Of a stretch of DNA of 64,000 nt, positions 9,870 through 20,609 are shown piece after piece (the first letter of the stretch is position 1; every line of letters begins with the position of its first letter). Where the stretch lies: NCBI GenBank assembly GCA_964487475.1, contig CAZAPM010000012.1, positions 2,031-66,030 of the forward strand. The letters are read 5' to 3'. Position numbers and translations under genes: made by a program. Under the pieces are notes generated by a model. The model made no database searches. It was not told where the DNA came from and saw only the letters and a program-made list of their open reading frames with translations. The stretch is from an uncultured Planctomycetales bacterium (GTDB taxonomy: Bacteria > Omnitrophota > Gorgyraeia > Gygaellales > Profunditerraquicolaceae).

Positions 9870-10595
9870 TCACTTCACTATCGTTCCGATCTTTTCGCCG
9901 GTAACTACCCGTGTGATGTTGCCTTCCTTGGTCAGGTTGAACACCACGATGGGAAGCGAATTATCCATGCATAAGGAAACCGCCGTGGCATCCATGACCT
10001 TGAGCTTCTTGTTCAATACCTCTATATATTCGAGCTGCGAATATTTCTTGGCGCGGGCATCCTTGACCGGGTCCGCGGAATATACTCCGTCGACCTTGGT
10101 GGCCTTCAGAATGGCGTCCGCGTGGATCTCCATGGCCCGCAGCGCCGCCGCGGTGTCCGTGGTGAAATACGGGTTGCCCGTCCCGGCAACGAATATCACC
10201 ACCCGGCCTTTTTCCAGATGCCGCACCGCCCGGCGCCGGATGTACGGCTCGGCGATACGCTGCATCTCGATGGCCGTCATGACGCGGGTAGGGATCCCCC
10301 GCTTTTCCAGGGCGTTCTGCATGGCCAGGCCGTTGATCACGGTCGCGAGCATCCCCATGTAGTCCGCCACGGAACGGTCCATGTCCAGGCCCCGGGAAGC
10401 GGTGTTCTCCTGGCCGCGGAAGATATTGCCTCCGCCCAGGACGATCGCCACCTCCACCCCCAGATCACGGACGGCCTTGATCTGGACGGATATCGCATCC
10501 AGCACCCGGTTATCGATGCCGTGCGACTGTCCGCCCATCAACGCCTCGCCGCTCAACTTCAGGACTATCCTTCTGTACGCGGCTTTCTTCTTCAT
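9870..10595 (-). CDS. pyrH: UMP kinase
   Basis: 241 aa; N-terminal [12 protein letters not shown] and GGGNIFRG motifs. Confidence 0.9.
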   Translation of the reverse strand: MKKKAAYRRIVLKLSGEALMGGQSHGIDNRVLDAISVQIKAVRDLGVEVAIVLGGGNIFRGQENTASRGLDMDRSVADYMGMLATVINGLAMQNALEKRGIPTRVMTAIEMQRIAEPYIRRRAVRHLEKGRVVIFVAGTGNPYFTTDTAAALRAMEIHADAILKATKVDGVYSADPVKDARAKKYSQLEYIEVLNKKLKVMDATAVSLCMDNSLPIVVFNLTKEGNITRVVTGEKIGTIVK

Positions 10596-10598
10596 CCC

Positions 10599-11123
10599 TT
10601 AGGCCCCGATCTTGTACCGGACGAAACGGCGCACCACGATATTCTCGCTGAACTTCGCCAGAAGCCCGCCCAGCAGGTCCTTGATCTGCAGGCCGGCATC
10701 CTTGACGAAGGCCTGTTCCATGAGCACGTACCCCTTGATGAACTGCTCGGCGTCCTTTTCCTGCTCCAGGACTTCCGCCGGAACATCCTCACGCTTGATG
10801 TACAGCGGGTTCATGGCGGCGATATGCATGGCCACGTCCCTGCAAAAGGTCACGAACTCTTCGTTGCGGGCCACGAAATCGGTCTCGCAATCGACCTCCA
10901 GGAGCACCCCCAGCTTGCTGCCGTGATGGATGTACGCTTCGACCCGGCCCTCTTTGGCCACGCGGTCGGTCTTCTTTGCCGCTATCTCCAGGCCGCGCTT
11001 GCGCAGGATGCCGGCGGCCTTATCCATATCCCCGCCCGCCTCATGCAGCGCTTCCTTGCAATGCGCCACGCTGGCCAATGTCAGATCCCTCAGTTTCTTG
11101 ATCGCTTCTATGCTCACTGCCAT
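10599..11123 (-). CDS. tsf: Elongation factor Ts (short form)
   Basis: 174 aa; N-terminal IKKLRDLTLASVAHCKEAL UBA-like domain and EF-Ts core (GSKLGVLLEVDCETDFVARNEEF). Confidence 0.85.
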   Translation of the reverse strand: MAVSIEAIKKLRDLTLASVAHCKEALHEAGGDMDKAAGILRKRGLEIAAKKTDRVAKEGRVEAYIHHGSKLGVLLEVDCETDFVARNEEFVTFCRDVAMHIAAMNPLYIKREDVPAEVLEQEKDAEQFIKGYVLMEQAFVKDAGLQIKDLLGGLLAKFSENIVVRRFVRYKIGA

Positions 11124-11128
11124 GATGC

Positions 11129-12043
11129 TTACCCTTTCTTCCTCAACTTAGCCGCGTCCTCCGCCGCCTTGGCTTTGCTCTTGCGGGCAGCCTTGGCCTC
11201 GGGGGTCTCGCCTTCCACGATCTCCTCGATCTCTTTGATTTTCTCCTCTTCCTCGGGCAGCACGCCGGCAGCCGGCGCTTCGTCGCTCAACTTCTTGGCG
11301 ACCCCCTCCTGCGAAAGGTACGACAGGAACCGCTTGCGGCCTTCGATGATGGCGTCCGTCAGGGCGGTGATCACCAGACGGATGGATTTGGTCGCGTCAT
11401 CGTTGCCGGGAACGGGATAATGCACCAGGTCGGGATTGGAGTTGGTGTCGATGAGCGCCACCACGGTGATCCCCAGACGGCGCGCTTCCTGCACGGCGGT
11501 CTCTTCCTTCTTGGTGTCCACTACCACCACCGCCTTGGGCATACGCTCCATCTGCACGATACCGGCAAAGTTCTTGTTCAGCTTCGCCAGTTCCTTTTCC
11601 AGGCGGGCGATCTCCTTCTTGGTGATTTTCTCGAAGGTCCCGTCCTGACGCATCTTTTCGATGTCCTTCAAACGGTTGATGCTCTTCTTGGCAGTGGCGA
11701 AATTCGTCAACATCCCGCCCGGCCAGCGCTCCGTCACGTAGAACATGCCCGCGCGGATCGCTTCCTGCTTGACCACGTCCTGGGCCTGCTTCTTGGTGCC
11801 CACGAAAAGCACGGTCTCGCCCTTGGAGGCGATATCTAAGAGGTAATCCCTGGCCTTGGTCAGGCATTCCTCGGTCTTCTCAAGGTCAATGATGTAGATC
11901 CCGCTGCGTTCCCCGAAAATGAACTTCTTCATCTTGGGATTCCAACGAGATGTCTTATGGCCGAAATGCACCCCTGATTCCAACAACTGAGTAATCAATT
12001 CTGATGGCACACTAACTCTCCTTTCAACAACGGTTATTTGCAT
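11129..12043 (-). CDS. rpsB: 30S ribosomal protein S2 (lysine-rich acidic C-terminal tail)
   Basis: LLESGVHFGHKTSRWNPKMKKFIFGERSGIYIIDLEKT is the S2 signature. The ORF track begins at 12094, but the likely start is the ATG at 12043 (MQITVV…) or slightly downstream. Confidence 0.85.
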   Translation of the reverse strand: MQITVVERRVSVPSELITQLLESGVHFGHKTSRWNPKMKKFIFGERSGIYIIDLEKTEECLTKARDYLLDIASKGETVLFVGTKKQAQDVVKQEAIRAGMFYVTERWPGGMLTNFATAKKSINRLKDIEKMRQDGTFEKITKKEIARLEKELAKLNKNFAGIVQMERMPKAVVVVDTKKEETAVQEARRLGITVVALIDTNSNPDLVHYPVPGNDDATKSIRLVITALTDAIIEGRKRFLSYLSQEGVAKKLSDEAPAAGVLPEEEEKIKEIEEIVEGETPEAKAARKSKAKAAEDAAKLRKKG

Positions 12044-12164
12044 GAACAGCTGGGGCTCGACGCTGTCAAGCCGCGGGGCCGCATGCGTGCACAAACGTGC
12101 ACATCTGGTTTTTCACGTCCGAATTACAAAGAGTTCTTAAATATAACACCGTTTAATCGAAAAA

Positions 12165-13952
12165 TCAACCATTTTTTTGGACCTGGCAGAGGTTCTGATA
12201 CAACTCGCAGGTATCGAGCAATTCACCGTGCGTGCCGCACGCCACGATCCGGCCGTGCTCCAGCACCACGATCTTATGCGCATTGCGCACGGTGGAAAGC
12301 CGGTGCGCCACCACGAACACGGTCCGGCCCACGATCAGCTTGTTGAGCGCCTCCTGCACCAGCCGCTCCGACTGGGTGTCCAGCTGGGAAGTGGCCTCGT
12401 CCAGGATCAGGATCGGCGGGTTCTTCAGCAGCGCCCGGGCGATGGCGATCCTCTGGCGTTCCCCTCCGGAAAGTTTCGCTCCCCGGTCGCCGATCACCGT
12501 ATCGTACCTGTCCGGAAGCTGCGCGATGAACTGGTGGATGTTCGCCTGCCGGGCCGCTTCCTCGATCTCCTGCTGCGAAGCCTCCCGCCTGCCGTAGGCG
12601 ATGTTCCCCCTGATGGTATCGTTGAAGAGGATCGTTTCCTGGGTAACGATACCTATCTGCCGGCGCAGCGACGCAAACGTGACCTCGCGCACATCCGTCC
12701 CGTCGATAAGCACCCGGCCGCGGGAAGGGTCATGGAACCTCGCCACCAGGTCCACCAGCGTGCTCTTACCCGAACCGCTGGGCCCCACGATCGCCAGCAT
12801 CTGGCCTTTTGCGACCGTAAGATCGACCCCGGAAAGCACCTCCGTAGGCCCGTAGGAAAAGGAAACGCCCTCAAACACCACCGCCGAAGAAAACGGCGCC
12901 AGTTCCCCTGCCCCGGGCTTCTCCACCACCGTAGGCTTGGTCTCCAGCACCTCGTGGATCCGCTCGCTTGCCGCCATTGCCTGCTGGTTCAGGGCATTGA
13001 CCGCGCTGAGCTTCTTGAAAGGACGGATCATGGAAAGGAAGGAGCCGAGAAAAAGCCCGAATACCCCGAAGGAAAGCGCGCCGTTGATCACTTCGCGGCC
13101 GAGGAAGAAGAACATCCCCACCCCGGCGACGCATCCCATCAGTTCGGTCACGGGCTGCAGGAGCTGGGTGCGCTTGATCGATTTCATGGTGAGCTTGTAA
13201 TACTCCTGGTTCACCCGGTCGAACCGCGAGATCTCGTGCGTTTCGGCGTTGAAGGCCTTGACGATGCGCGCGCCGACGATGGTCTCATGAAGCAGGGAAT
13301 TGGTGTCCGCCATCTTCTCCTGCGACCTCTTGGAGAGCTTGCGCAGGGCTTTGCCCACCCGGACGATAGGATAGGCGATCACCGCCGCCAGCAGGATGGA
13401 GAACAACGCCATCCGGAAATAGATCGCCAGGGTGATGGAAAGGAACACCGCCACCTGCAGGGTCTGGTACACCAGGTCGCTGGACCCGTAAGAGACGGCG
13501 TTTTCCACCAGTTTGACGTCATTGGTGATACGGGAAATAAGCTCCCCTCCCCGCTTATGGGTGAAAAAATCAAGGGAAAGGGACTGGAATTTCGCGTAAA
13601 GCTTCGCTTTGATGTCCCGCACCACCATTTGGCCGATATCGGACATCAAATAACTCTGCATGAAGTAAAAAAGTCCCTTAAGGAAGAAAAGCAGGGGTAT
13701 GGCGACCACCATATACTTCATCAGCTGAATGGGCTCGGTACTGTTCAACGCCGCGATGAACTGCTCGGCAGCCGCAGGCAGCTTGGAGGGAACCACGATC
13801 TGCTTGTTATTGAAGACCTTATCCGCAAGGGGCACCATCATGGCCAGGGTCAGGCCGTCAAATATAGCCGATACCCCCATGCAGGCACAGGCGGCCGTGA
13901 ATTTGAGCCAATAAGGACGGACAAATTTCAGTAATTTGAGATATTCCCGCAT
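12165..13952 (-). CDS. ABC transporter, fused permease/ATP-binding protein (MsbA/lipid exporter family)
   Basis: 595 aa; six N-terminal TM helices plus a C-terminal ABC domain with LSGGERQRIAIARALLKNPPILILDEATSQLD and Walker A GPSGSGKST. Confidence 0.85.
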   Translation of the reverse strand: MREYLKLLKFVRPYWLKFTAACACMGVSAIFDGLTLAMMVPLADKVFNNKQIVVPSKLPAAAEQFIAALNSTEPIQLMKYMVVAIPLLFFLKGLFYFMQSYLMSDIGQMVVRDIKAKLYAKFQSLSLDFFTHKRGGELISRITNDVKLVENAVSYGSSDLVYQTLQVAVFLSITLAIYFRMALFSILLAAVIAYPIVRVGKALRKLSKRSQEKMADTNSLLHETIVGARIVKAFNAETHEISRFDRVNQEYYKLTMKSIKRTQLLQPVTELMGCVAGVGMFFFLGREVINGALSFGVFGLFLGSFLSMIRPFKKLSAVNALNQQAMAASERIHEVLETKPTVVEKPGAGELAPFSSAVVFEGVSFSYGPTEVLSGVDLTVAKGQMLAIVGPSGSGKSTLVDLVARFHDPSRGRVLIDGTDVREVTFASLRRQIGIVTQETILFNDTIRGNIAYGRREASQQEIEEAARQANIHQFIAQLPDRYDTVIGDRGAKLSGGERQRIAIARALLKNPPILILDEATSQLDTQSERLVQEALNKLIVGRTVFVVAHRLSTVRNAHKIVVLEHGRIVACGTHGELLDTCELYQNLCQVQKNG

Positions 13953-14079
13953 CTTGCACTCCTCATAAATTGGTGTATTTTAGCACACCGCAGGGTGCTT
14001 GTCGAGATATCTTTTACTTATATAGGTATAGGGAAAATAGTAGTTGCGCGGGGGTATGCGCTCTGCTATCATTGCTCCT

Positions 14080-15009
14080 ATGGAAAAGATCCGCGTTGCG
14101 GTCATAGGAGTCGGTCATCTGGGACATATCCATGCCAAGATATACTCCCAACTCGCCGGATGCTCCCTGGAAGGGGTCTGCGACATCAATCGCGCGAAAC
14201 TGGCGCAGGTCTCCCAGGAACTGGGGGTCCCGGCGTACGAGGATCACAAGGACCTCTTCGGCAAGGTGGATGCGGTAAGCATCTGCGTGCCCACGGCCCA
14301 GCATTACGAAGTGGCCGCGGATTTCCTCATGAACAACATCGATACCCTGGTGGAAAAACCCTTCACCTCCACCATGGAACAGGCGCAGGCGATCCTCAAG
14401 ATCGCCAAATCCAACAAGCGCATCCTGCAGGTCGGCCATGTGGAGCGTTTCAACAGCGCGTTCACCGCGACGGTAAAACTGATCCAAAACCCCAAATTCA
14501 TCGAGTGCCACCGCTTGAGCCCCTTCCCCCACCGCTCCCTCGACGTAGGCGCGGTGCTGGATATCATGATCCATGATATCGACATCATCCTCGGGCTGGT
14601 CCCCTCCCGGATCAAGCGGATCGAATCGGTGGGGATCAACGTCCTGACCCCCTTCGAGGATATCGCCAACGCCCGGCTGGTCTTCGAGAACGGATGCGTG
14701 GCCAACCTGACCGCCAGCCGGATCTCCGACGATACGGTGCGCAAGATCCGCATCTTCCAGGAGCACACCTACATCTCCCTCGACTATAAAGACGCCAAAG
14801 CGACCCTTTACCGCAAAGCCGGGCAGGCGATCACCAAGGAAGACCTGCCCATCGAAAAAGAACAGCCTCTGCAAAAAGAGCTCGAGCACTTCCTCTCCTG
14901 CGTCCGCACCCATACCCAGCCGATGGTCTCGGGAGAGGTCGCGGCAGAAGCCCTGCGCGTGGCCCTCGAGATCCAGCACCAGATATGGCCGCACACCCGA
15001 AAATCCTGA
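14080..15009 (+). CDS. Gfo/Idh/MocA-family NAD(P)-dependent oxidoreductase
   Basis: Rossmann start MEKIRVAVIGVGHLGHIH; C-terminal Gfo/Idh/MocA alpha/beta domain. Its 3' end overlaps lpxB by 25 nt, so it is probably co-transcribed with lpxB. Confidence 0.75.
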   Translation: MEKIRVAVIGVGHLGHIHAKIYSQLAGCSLEGVCDINRAKLAQVSQELGVPAYEDHKDLFGKVDAVSICVPTAQHYEVAADFLMNNIDTLVEKPFTSTMEQAQAILKIAKSNKRILQVGHVERFNSAFTATVKLIQNPKFIECHRLSPFPHRSLDVGAVLDIMIHDIDIILGLVPSRIKRIESVGINVLTPFEDIANARLVFENGCVANLTASRISDDTVRKIRIFQEHTYISLDYKDAKATLYRKAGQAITKEDLPIEKEQPLQKELEHFLSCVRTHTQPMVSGEVAAEALRVALEIQHQIWPHTRKS

Positions 15010-16127
15010 TCGTTTGCGGGGAACCTTCGGGTGACCTGCACGCCAGCCTGCTTTGCCGCGCCCTTCTGGCGGAAGACCCCTCGCTTTCCATCCGCGCGGT
15101 AGGAGGCCCTTTACTCAAGGCTGCCGGCGCGCAGATCATCCGCGGTATCGAAGAACTTTCGGTGATGGGCGTCTTTGACGTACTTAAGAAGCTCCCTCTT
15201 TTCTTCTCCCTGCAGGATGCCATCCTTAAGGAGATCGAAGAGAGGCCCCCCTCCTGCCTGATCCTGGTGGATTTTTCCGGATTCAACCTGCGGCTGGCGA
15301 AGAAGATCGACCGCCGCATCCCGGTATTCTACTACGTCAGCCCCCAGGTGTGGGCATCGCGGGCAAGGCGTGTCGAACGCATCAGGAAATACGTCTCGCG
15401 GATGATCGTGCTCTTCGATTTTGAAAAGGAATTCTACTCCCGGCACGGGATATCCGCGGATTTCGTCGGGCATCCCCTCGTCGAAACCGCTCGCCCGGCG
15501 CAGGAAAAACCGGCGTTCTTCGCGCGCCTGGGGCTTTCCCCGTCGCGCAACACGGTGACGCTGCTGCCCGGCTCAAGGCCTTCGGAGATCGCGCGCATAC
15601 TTCCGGTCATGGCAGAAGCATGCACCCTGCTGAAAAAGTCGAATCCCGGAGTGCAATTCCTCCTGTGCCGGCCGCCGCACCTTCCGGAACATCTCTACTC
15701 CGGGATACTGCAGCGCTATGGGATCCACGCGGCGATCGCCGAGAACGCGGTGTACGACTGCCTGGCGCATGCGGACGCCGGCATGATCTGCTCCGGCACC
15801 GCGACCCTGGAAGCCGCGCTGATCGGCACCCCCTTCGTGCTGGTGTACAGGACCAGCACCCTCAATTACCTCCTCTATAAACCGCAGGTGAAAATACCCT
15901 GGATCGGGATGGCCAATATCGTAGCCGGGGAAAAAGTGGTGGAAGAGTTCATCCAGGGACGGGCGCAGCCGCGGGATATCGCACGGGCCGTGGGAGCGTT
16001 GCTGAACGATATTCCGGCGCGCACGCGCATGCAGGAAGCCTTCGGCAGGATCAGGAAAAAACTGGGGCCTCCCGGCGCAACCGGCCGGGCGGCAAAGATC
16101 ATTTTGGAAGCGATATCCGCCGAGTAG
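14985..16127 (+). CDS. lpxB: Lipid-A-disaccharide synthase
   Basis: 380 aa; N-terminal KILIVCGEPSGDLHAS and the GT-B fold typical of LpxB. Confidence 0.85.
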   Translation: MAAHPKILIVCGEPSGDLHASLLCRALLAEDPSLSIRAVGGPLLKAAGAQIIRGIEELSVMGVFDVLKKLPLFFSLQDAILKEIEERPPSCLILVDFSGFNLRLAKKIDRRIPVFYYVSPQVWASRARRVERIRKYVSRMIVLFDFEKEFYSRHGISADFVGHPLVETARPAQEKPAFFARLGLSPSRNTVTLLPGSRPSEIARILPVMAEACTLLKKSNPGVQFLLCRPPHLPEHLYSGILQRYGIHAAIAENAVYDCLAHADAGMICSGTATLEAALIGTPFVLVYRTSTLNYLLYKPQVKIPWIGMANIVAGEKVVEEFIQGRAQPRDIARAVGALLNDIPARTRMQEAFGRIRKKLGPPGATGRAAKIILEAISAE

Positions 16128-17223
16128 CCGCCGCGATCCGTTCTGACGCGGGCGGATGGCTGAAGAAGAATATCTTGGCCAGAAGTGACGGCGCGGGATC
16201 GGAAAGGTTCTGCCGCGAGAGTTTCTGCATCATGGCGATGAACGCTTCGGGGTTCCCGGTCGCCTCCAGCGCCAGACGGTCGGCTTCCCGTTCGAACGTA
16301 CGGCTTAAAAGATTCGCCAGAGGCTGCGTCAGGATACCCCACGCCGAAACACAGAGGAATACGACCGGCAGGAACGCTGCCTCCCCTACCGTCCCGGCCT
16401 GCGACCAGCGCAGCAGCCACCCGCTCGAGGAATACATCAGATAACAGACCAGCAGCGTCTCTCCGGCGTGATACAGCAGGAGCTTGGCCAGATGGCCCCG
16501 TTTGAAATGGGCCAGCTCGTGCGCCATCACCGCCTCGACCTCGTCGTGCGAATACGCCGAAAGCAGCGTATCCGCCAGCACCACCCTCCTGGTCGCGCCC
16601 CATCCCAGGAACGCGGCATTGGCCTTGACCGTCTTCTTCCCGAAATCTATCTGATAACACTCCAGAAGTGCGACCCGCATGCGCCGGGCCAGATGCAGCA
16701 GCCGCTCGCGCAGCCCGGGATCAGGCAACGGGGAATACTTGAAGAAAAGGGGGACGAGCACCAGAGGCGCGACCCGTGCCAGAACCACGCTGGCCAGATA
16801 CCATCCCGCCGCCACGGTCAACCACCACCAGTCGCCGGATATGCGCACCAGCATGGCCCAGCCCGCGGCCGCAGCCACGGTCAGGACCGCCGACACTGCC
16901 CATCCTTTTGCCTGGTCAGCCAGCCATTGCCGGATATTCTGCCGGGATAAGCCGAAGGCGTGCTCCAGGACGAATCCCCGGTAATACGCGGAAGGCAGCA
17001 TCAGCAGCTGATAGGCTGCGCCGCAGATGAGCACGTACGCGGGAAGCACGGCCCAAAGGGATGCGCCCGCATGCGCGCGCAACCACTGCGCCAGTACCAG
17101 GGATGCGCCGGACCAGATGAAATACCAGGAGAGGAAAAGGGAGAAAAGAATATCGGCCAGCGCCAGGCGGTAACGGATACGGCTGTACTGCCCGGCCGGC
17201 TGGCCGTCGATGCGGTTATGCAA
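16099..17223 (-). CDS. M48-family zinc metallopeptidase (HtpX/Ste24-like), polytopic membrane protein
   Basis: 374 aa; several N-terminal TM helices; HEXXH motif MAHELAHFKRGH. Confidence 0.75.
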   Translation of the reverse strand: MHNRIDGQPAGQYSRIRYRLALADILFSLFLSWYFIWSGASLVLAQWLRAHAGASLWAVLPAYVLICGAAYQLLMLPSAYYRGFVLEHAFGLSRQNIRQWLADQAKGWAVSAVLTVAAAAGWAMLVRISGDWWWLTVAAGWYLASVVLARVAPLVLVPLFFKYSPLPDPGLRERLLHLARRMRVALLECYQIDFGKKTVKANAAFLGWGATRRVVLADTLLSAYSHDEVEAVMAHELAHFKRGHLAKLLLYHAGETLLVCYLMYSSSGWLLRWSQAGTVGEAAFLPVVFLCVSAWGILTQPLANLLSRTFEREADRLALEATGNPEAFIAMMQKLSRQNLSDPAPSLLAKIFFFSHPPASERIAAATRRISLPK

Positions 17224-17449
17224 GGGGCTTGACGTTGATGTAGGTCATGGTCTTGCCTGCAGGGGTCTTCTTTTTGGTGAAATACACCGTGCCGGGACAT
17301 GCCGCCTGCAGCGTGCCTAATCCCCTGACGTTGATCCCCGGCTTATAGCGGTTGACGCCGCGCACCAGGATCTGGCTGGTCTTGACCGCCTGCCCGCCGC
17401 TGATCTTTAATTCTTCATCCTTCTTGGGTGTTGAAAATCCGCCTGCCAT
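17216..17449 (-). CDS. Ribosomal protein L27-like protein lacking the canonical AHKKGGGS N-terminus
   Basis: 77 aa from MAGGFSTPKKDEELK; the core ISGGQAVKTSQILVRGVNRYKPGINVRGLGTLQAACPGTVYF aligns with the L27 fold (GxxVxxGxIIVRQRGTKxHxGxNVGxGxDxTLFA). It is not in an rplU-rpmA-obg context. Confidence 0.5.
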   Translation of the reverse strand: MAGGFSTPKKDEELKISGGQAVKTSQILVRGVNRYKPGINVRGLGTLQAACPGTVYFTKKKTPAGKTMTYINVKPLA

Positions 17450-17535
17450 CTCTAAAAACCTCCTCATTACTGCTTCTTGCCTGTTTTACAAAGGAATTCA
17501 TATTACCACAGGAGGGCACTGCGCGCAACATAAAG

Positions 17536-18933
17536 TTACGTCAGCACCACCTCTTCGCTCTTATGGGGCACGTAGGCGTTGATCCCCCGCTGGGTCAGCT
17601 CCTCCTGGAACCGCAGGGATTCCTCCTCCTCCCCGTGCACCAGGAAGACCCGGGTCAGGGGCAGGCAGCGGGAGGCGAAGTCCACCAGCTCGTTCTTGTC
17701 CGCATGGCAGGAAAAGGAATTGATGACCACGACCTCGGCGTTGAGCTCGTACTCCACGCCGAATATGCGCACCAGGCGGTGCTTCTCCACGATCTTGCGG
17801 CCGAGGGTATCCTTGGCCATGTAGCCGACCACCAGCACGGTATTGCGGGAATCGGGGATGTTGTTCTTGAGGTGGTGCAGCACCCGGCCGGATTCGCACA
17901 TCCCGGAACCGGCGATGATGATCATGGGCCGCTTATCGTCGTTAAGGCGCTTGGATTCCTCCTGGTCCCGCACGAAACGCAGGTTGATGGATTCGAACGG
18001 GGAATCCTTGCTTAAAATAGCCTGCCGGGTCTGGAGGTTGAGGAAGCTCAAGTGGTGCGAGAAAAGATCGGTGATCTCGGTGGCCAGCGGGCTGTCCACG
18101 TAAATAGGGATGAACGGGATAGCCTTCTCCTTAAGCAGCTCATTGAGGAAAAAAAGCACCTCCTGGGTGCGCTCCAGGGAGAACGCCGGGATGATCACCT
18201 TTCCCTTGCGGGAGACGGTGCGGTTGACCACCTCCTGGAGCCTCACCTTCGCCTCCTCGATCGGCGCATGCGTCCGGCCGCCATAGGTGGTCTCGAGGAT
18301 GAGGTAATCCAGTCCGGCCGGCACCCGGGGATCGCTGATCAGGGGAAGGTTCTTGCGCCCCAGGTCCACGGCATACCCCACGCGCAGCACGCGCGATTCC
18401 TCCTTGATATCCAGCACCACGATCGCCGAGCCGAGGATATGCCCCGCATCGTAAAGCGTGACATACGTATCCTTGGTGATGCAGAAACGCTGTCCGTAGG
18501 AAAGAGCCCGGAAGATCTTGGTGGCGCGGGAGGCTTCCTTCTGCGTATACAGCGGCTCGCGCAAAGGAAGACCCAGGCGGCGGTTGATCTTGTTCAGATA
18601 ACGGATATCCTCTTCCTGGATCTTTCCGGAATCGTCGAGCATCAGCTTGGCGATATCCTTGGTAGCGGACGTGGTGTACACCTTGCAGCGCATCCCCTTC
18701 TTGATGAGGCTGGGGATATTGCCGCAATGGTCGATGTGGGCGTGGGAAAGGACCACCGCATCCAGCTGGCGGGGATTGAAATCGAAGCTGGTGTTGATGT
18801 TGTAGAACTGCTCGCGGCGCCCCTGGAAGAGACCGGCGTCGAGGAGGATATTGGACTTATCGGTGGTGACCAGGTGGCTCGATCCGGTGACGGTGCGCAC
18901 CCCGCCCAAGAACTTGACCTTAACCGACATCAC
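17536..18933 (-). CDS. MBL-fold/beta-CASP family ribonuclease (RNase J/CPSF-like)
   Basis: 465 aa; HAHIDHCG metallo-beta-lactamase motif followed by a beta-CASP region. Confidence 0.75.
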   Translation of the reverse strand: MMSVKVKFLGGVRTVTGSSHLVTTDKSNILLDAGLFQGRREQFYNINTSFDFNPRQLDAVVLSHAHIDHCGNIPSLIKKGMRCKVYTTSATKDIAKLMLDDSGKIQEEDIRYLNKINRRLGLPLREPLYTQKEASRATKIFRALSYGQRFCITKDTYVTLYDAGHILGSAIVVLDIKEESRVLRVGYAVDLGRKNLPLISDPRVPAGLDYLILETTYGGRTHAPIEEAKVRLQEVVNRTVSRKGKVIIPAFSLERTQEVLFFLNELLKEKAIPFIPIYVDSPLATEITDLFSHHLSFLNLQTRQAILSKDSPFESINLRFVRDQEESKRLNDDKRPMIIIAGSGMCESGRVLHHLKNNIPDSRNTVLVVGYMAKDTLGRKIVEKHRLVRIFGVEYELNAEVVVINSFSCHADKNELVDFASRCLPLTRVFLVHGEEEESLRFQEELTQRGINAYVPHKSEEVVLT

Positions 18934-18941
18934 GCACCCCC

Positions 18942-20603
18942 TTATTGGTCGTACGTCGAGTAGTAATACGGCGTGAACGCCTTGAACTCCGCGGCACAGG
19001 TGTCCACCAGCTTGAACACCGTGGTCAATCCCAGACGGCTGCGCAATGCGGCGACGTCCTCCTCTTTCTGGCCCCAGAGCTTGGCCAGCTGCCGGTCGGA
19101 GAACCCGTACTCTTTCGCCTGGCGCAACCTCTCCCGGGAGATCCCCGGCCCCTGGGCGGCCAGTTCCTTTTCCAGGTCGATGATCTGTTTGATGTTATGC
19201 AGGAACCAGGGGTCGATGCCGGTCAGTTCCCGGACCTTATCGACGGTCATGCCCGCGCGCAGGGCATCCCCCACATAAAAGATCCGCTCGGCATTGGGCA
19301 CGCGCAGGTACCCGATCAGGCTTTCGGCGGCATGGGCATCCAGGGAAGCGTTGCGGATATCGGAGAAAAGCAGGCTTTCCAGCCCGTACTTCTTTATCTC
19401 CAGCGACCGCAGCCCCTTCTGCAGGGCCTCCTTGAACGTCCGGCCGATCGACATCGCCTCGCCCACGGACTTCATGGAAACGGTAAGCGCCCAGTCGGCA
19501 GACGCGAACTTCTCGAAGGTGAAACGCGGGATCTTCACCACGCAGTAATCGATCGAAGGCTCGAAACAGGCCGGGGTCTCCTTGGTGATATCGTTGGAGA
19601 TCTCGTCCAGGGTAAATCCTACCGCCAGCTTGGCGGCGATCTTGGCGATGGGGAATCCCGTGGCCTTGGAGGCCAGCGCGGAACTGCGGGACACGCGCGG
19701 GTTCATCTCGATGACCACCATACGTCCGTTCGCGGGATTGACCGCGAACTGGATGTTCGACCCTCCGGTCTCGACGCCGATCTCCCGGATGCAGGCAATG
19801 GCCGCGTCCCGCATCTTCTGATATTCCACGTCGGTCAGGGTCTGGGCCGGCGCGACCGTGATACTGTCCCCGGTGTGCACTCCCATGGGATCGAAGTTCT
19901 CGATGGAGCAGATGATGACCACGTTATCCTTGATATCCCGCATCACTTCGAGCTCGTACTCCTTCCAGCCCGCCACGGACTCCTCGATCAGGATCTCGCT
20001 GATCATGCTCGATTCCAGGCCTTTCTTGGCCAGCTCGCGGAACTCCTCGGCGTTATACGCGACGCTTCCGCCGGTGCCGCCCAGGGTGAAGGAAGGCCGG
20101 ATGATCAAGGGGAACCCGATATCCTTCGCGATCGCGGCCGCCTGCTCCAGGGTATACGCCTGGCCGCTCTTCGGCACGTCCAGCCCGATCTTAAGCATCG
20201 CCTGCTTGAAGAGCTTGCGGTCCTCCCCCTTCTTGATCGCCTTGATGTTGGCGCCGATAAGCTCGACGTGATACTTCTTGAGCACCCCCTGCTCGTGCAG
20301 GGCGACGGTAGTATTCAGCGCGGTCTGCCCGCCTAAGGTCGGCAGCAGCGCGTCGGGTTTCTCCTTGGCGATGATCTTGGCCACCATCTCGGGGGTGATC
20401 GGCTCGACGTAGGTGCGATCCGCCAGTTCCGGATCGGTCATGATGGTCGCCGGATTGGAGTTGACCAGCACCACTTTATACCCTTCCTGCCGCAGGACCT
20501 TGCAGGCCTGGGAACCGGAATAATCGAATTCGCACGCCTGGCCGATCACAATGGGGCCGGCGCCGATGATCATGATCTTCTTCAAATCCTTGCGTTTTGG
20601 CAT
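18942..20603 (-). CDS. carB: Carbamoyl-phosphate synthase large subunit, N-terminal half (split carB)
   Basis: 553 aa, equivalent to CarB residues 1-~550 ([25 protein letters not shown]…). It ends at a clean stop (…YYSTYDQ*) and no C-terminal half follows. Confidence 0.85.
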   Translation of the reverse strand: MPKRKDLKKIMIIGAGPIVIGQACEFDYSGSQACKVLRQEGYKVVLVNSNPATIMTDPELADRTYVEPITPEMVAKIIAKEKPDALLPTLGGQTALNTTVALHEQGVLKKYHVELIGANIKAIKKGEDRKLFKQAMLKIGLDVPKSGQAYTLEQAAAIAKDIGFPLIIRPSFTLGGTGGSVAYNAEEFRELAKKGLESSMISEILIEESVAGWKEYELEVMRDIKDNVVIICSIENFDPMGVHTGDSITVAPAQTLTDVEYQKMRDAAIACIREIGVETGGSNIQFAVNPANGRMVVIEMNPRVSRSSALASKATGFPIAKIAAKLAVGFTLDEISNDITKETPACFEPSIDYCVVKIPRFTFEKFASADWALTVSMKSVGEAMSIGRTFKEALQKGLRSLEIKKYGLESLLFSDIRNASLDAHAAESLIGYLRVPNAERIFYVGDALRAGMTVDKVRELTGIDPWFLHNIKQIIDLEKELAAQGPGISRERLRQAKEYGFSDRQLAKLWGQKEEDVAALRSRLGLTTVFKLVDTCAAEFKAFTPYYYSTYDQ

Positions 20604-20609
20604 ATGCGG

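Noticed and set aside
18942-20603. carB as a pseudogene
   Set aside because: The ORF ends at a natural domain boundary with an intact N-terminal half and no frameshifts. A split gene is more likely than decay.
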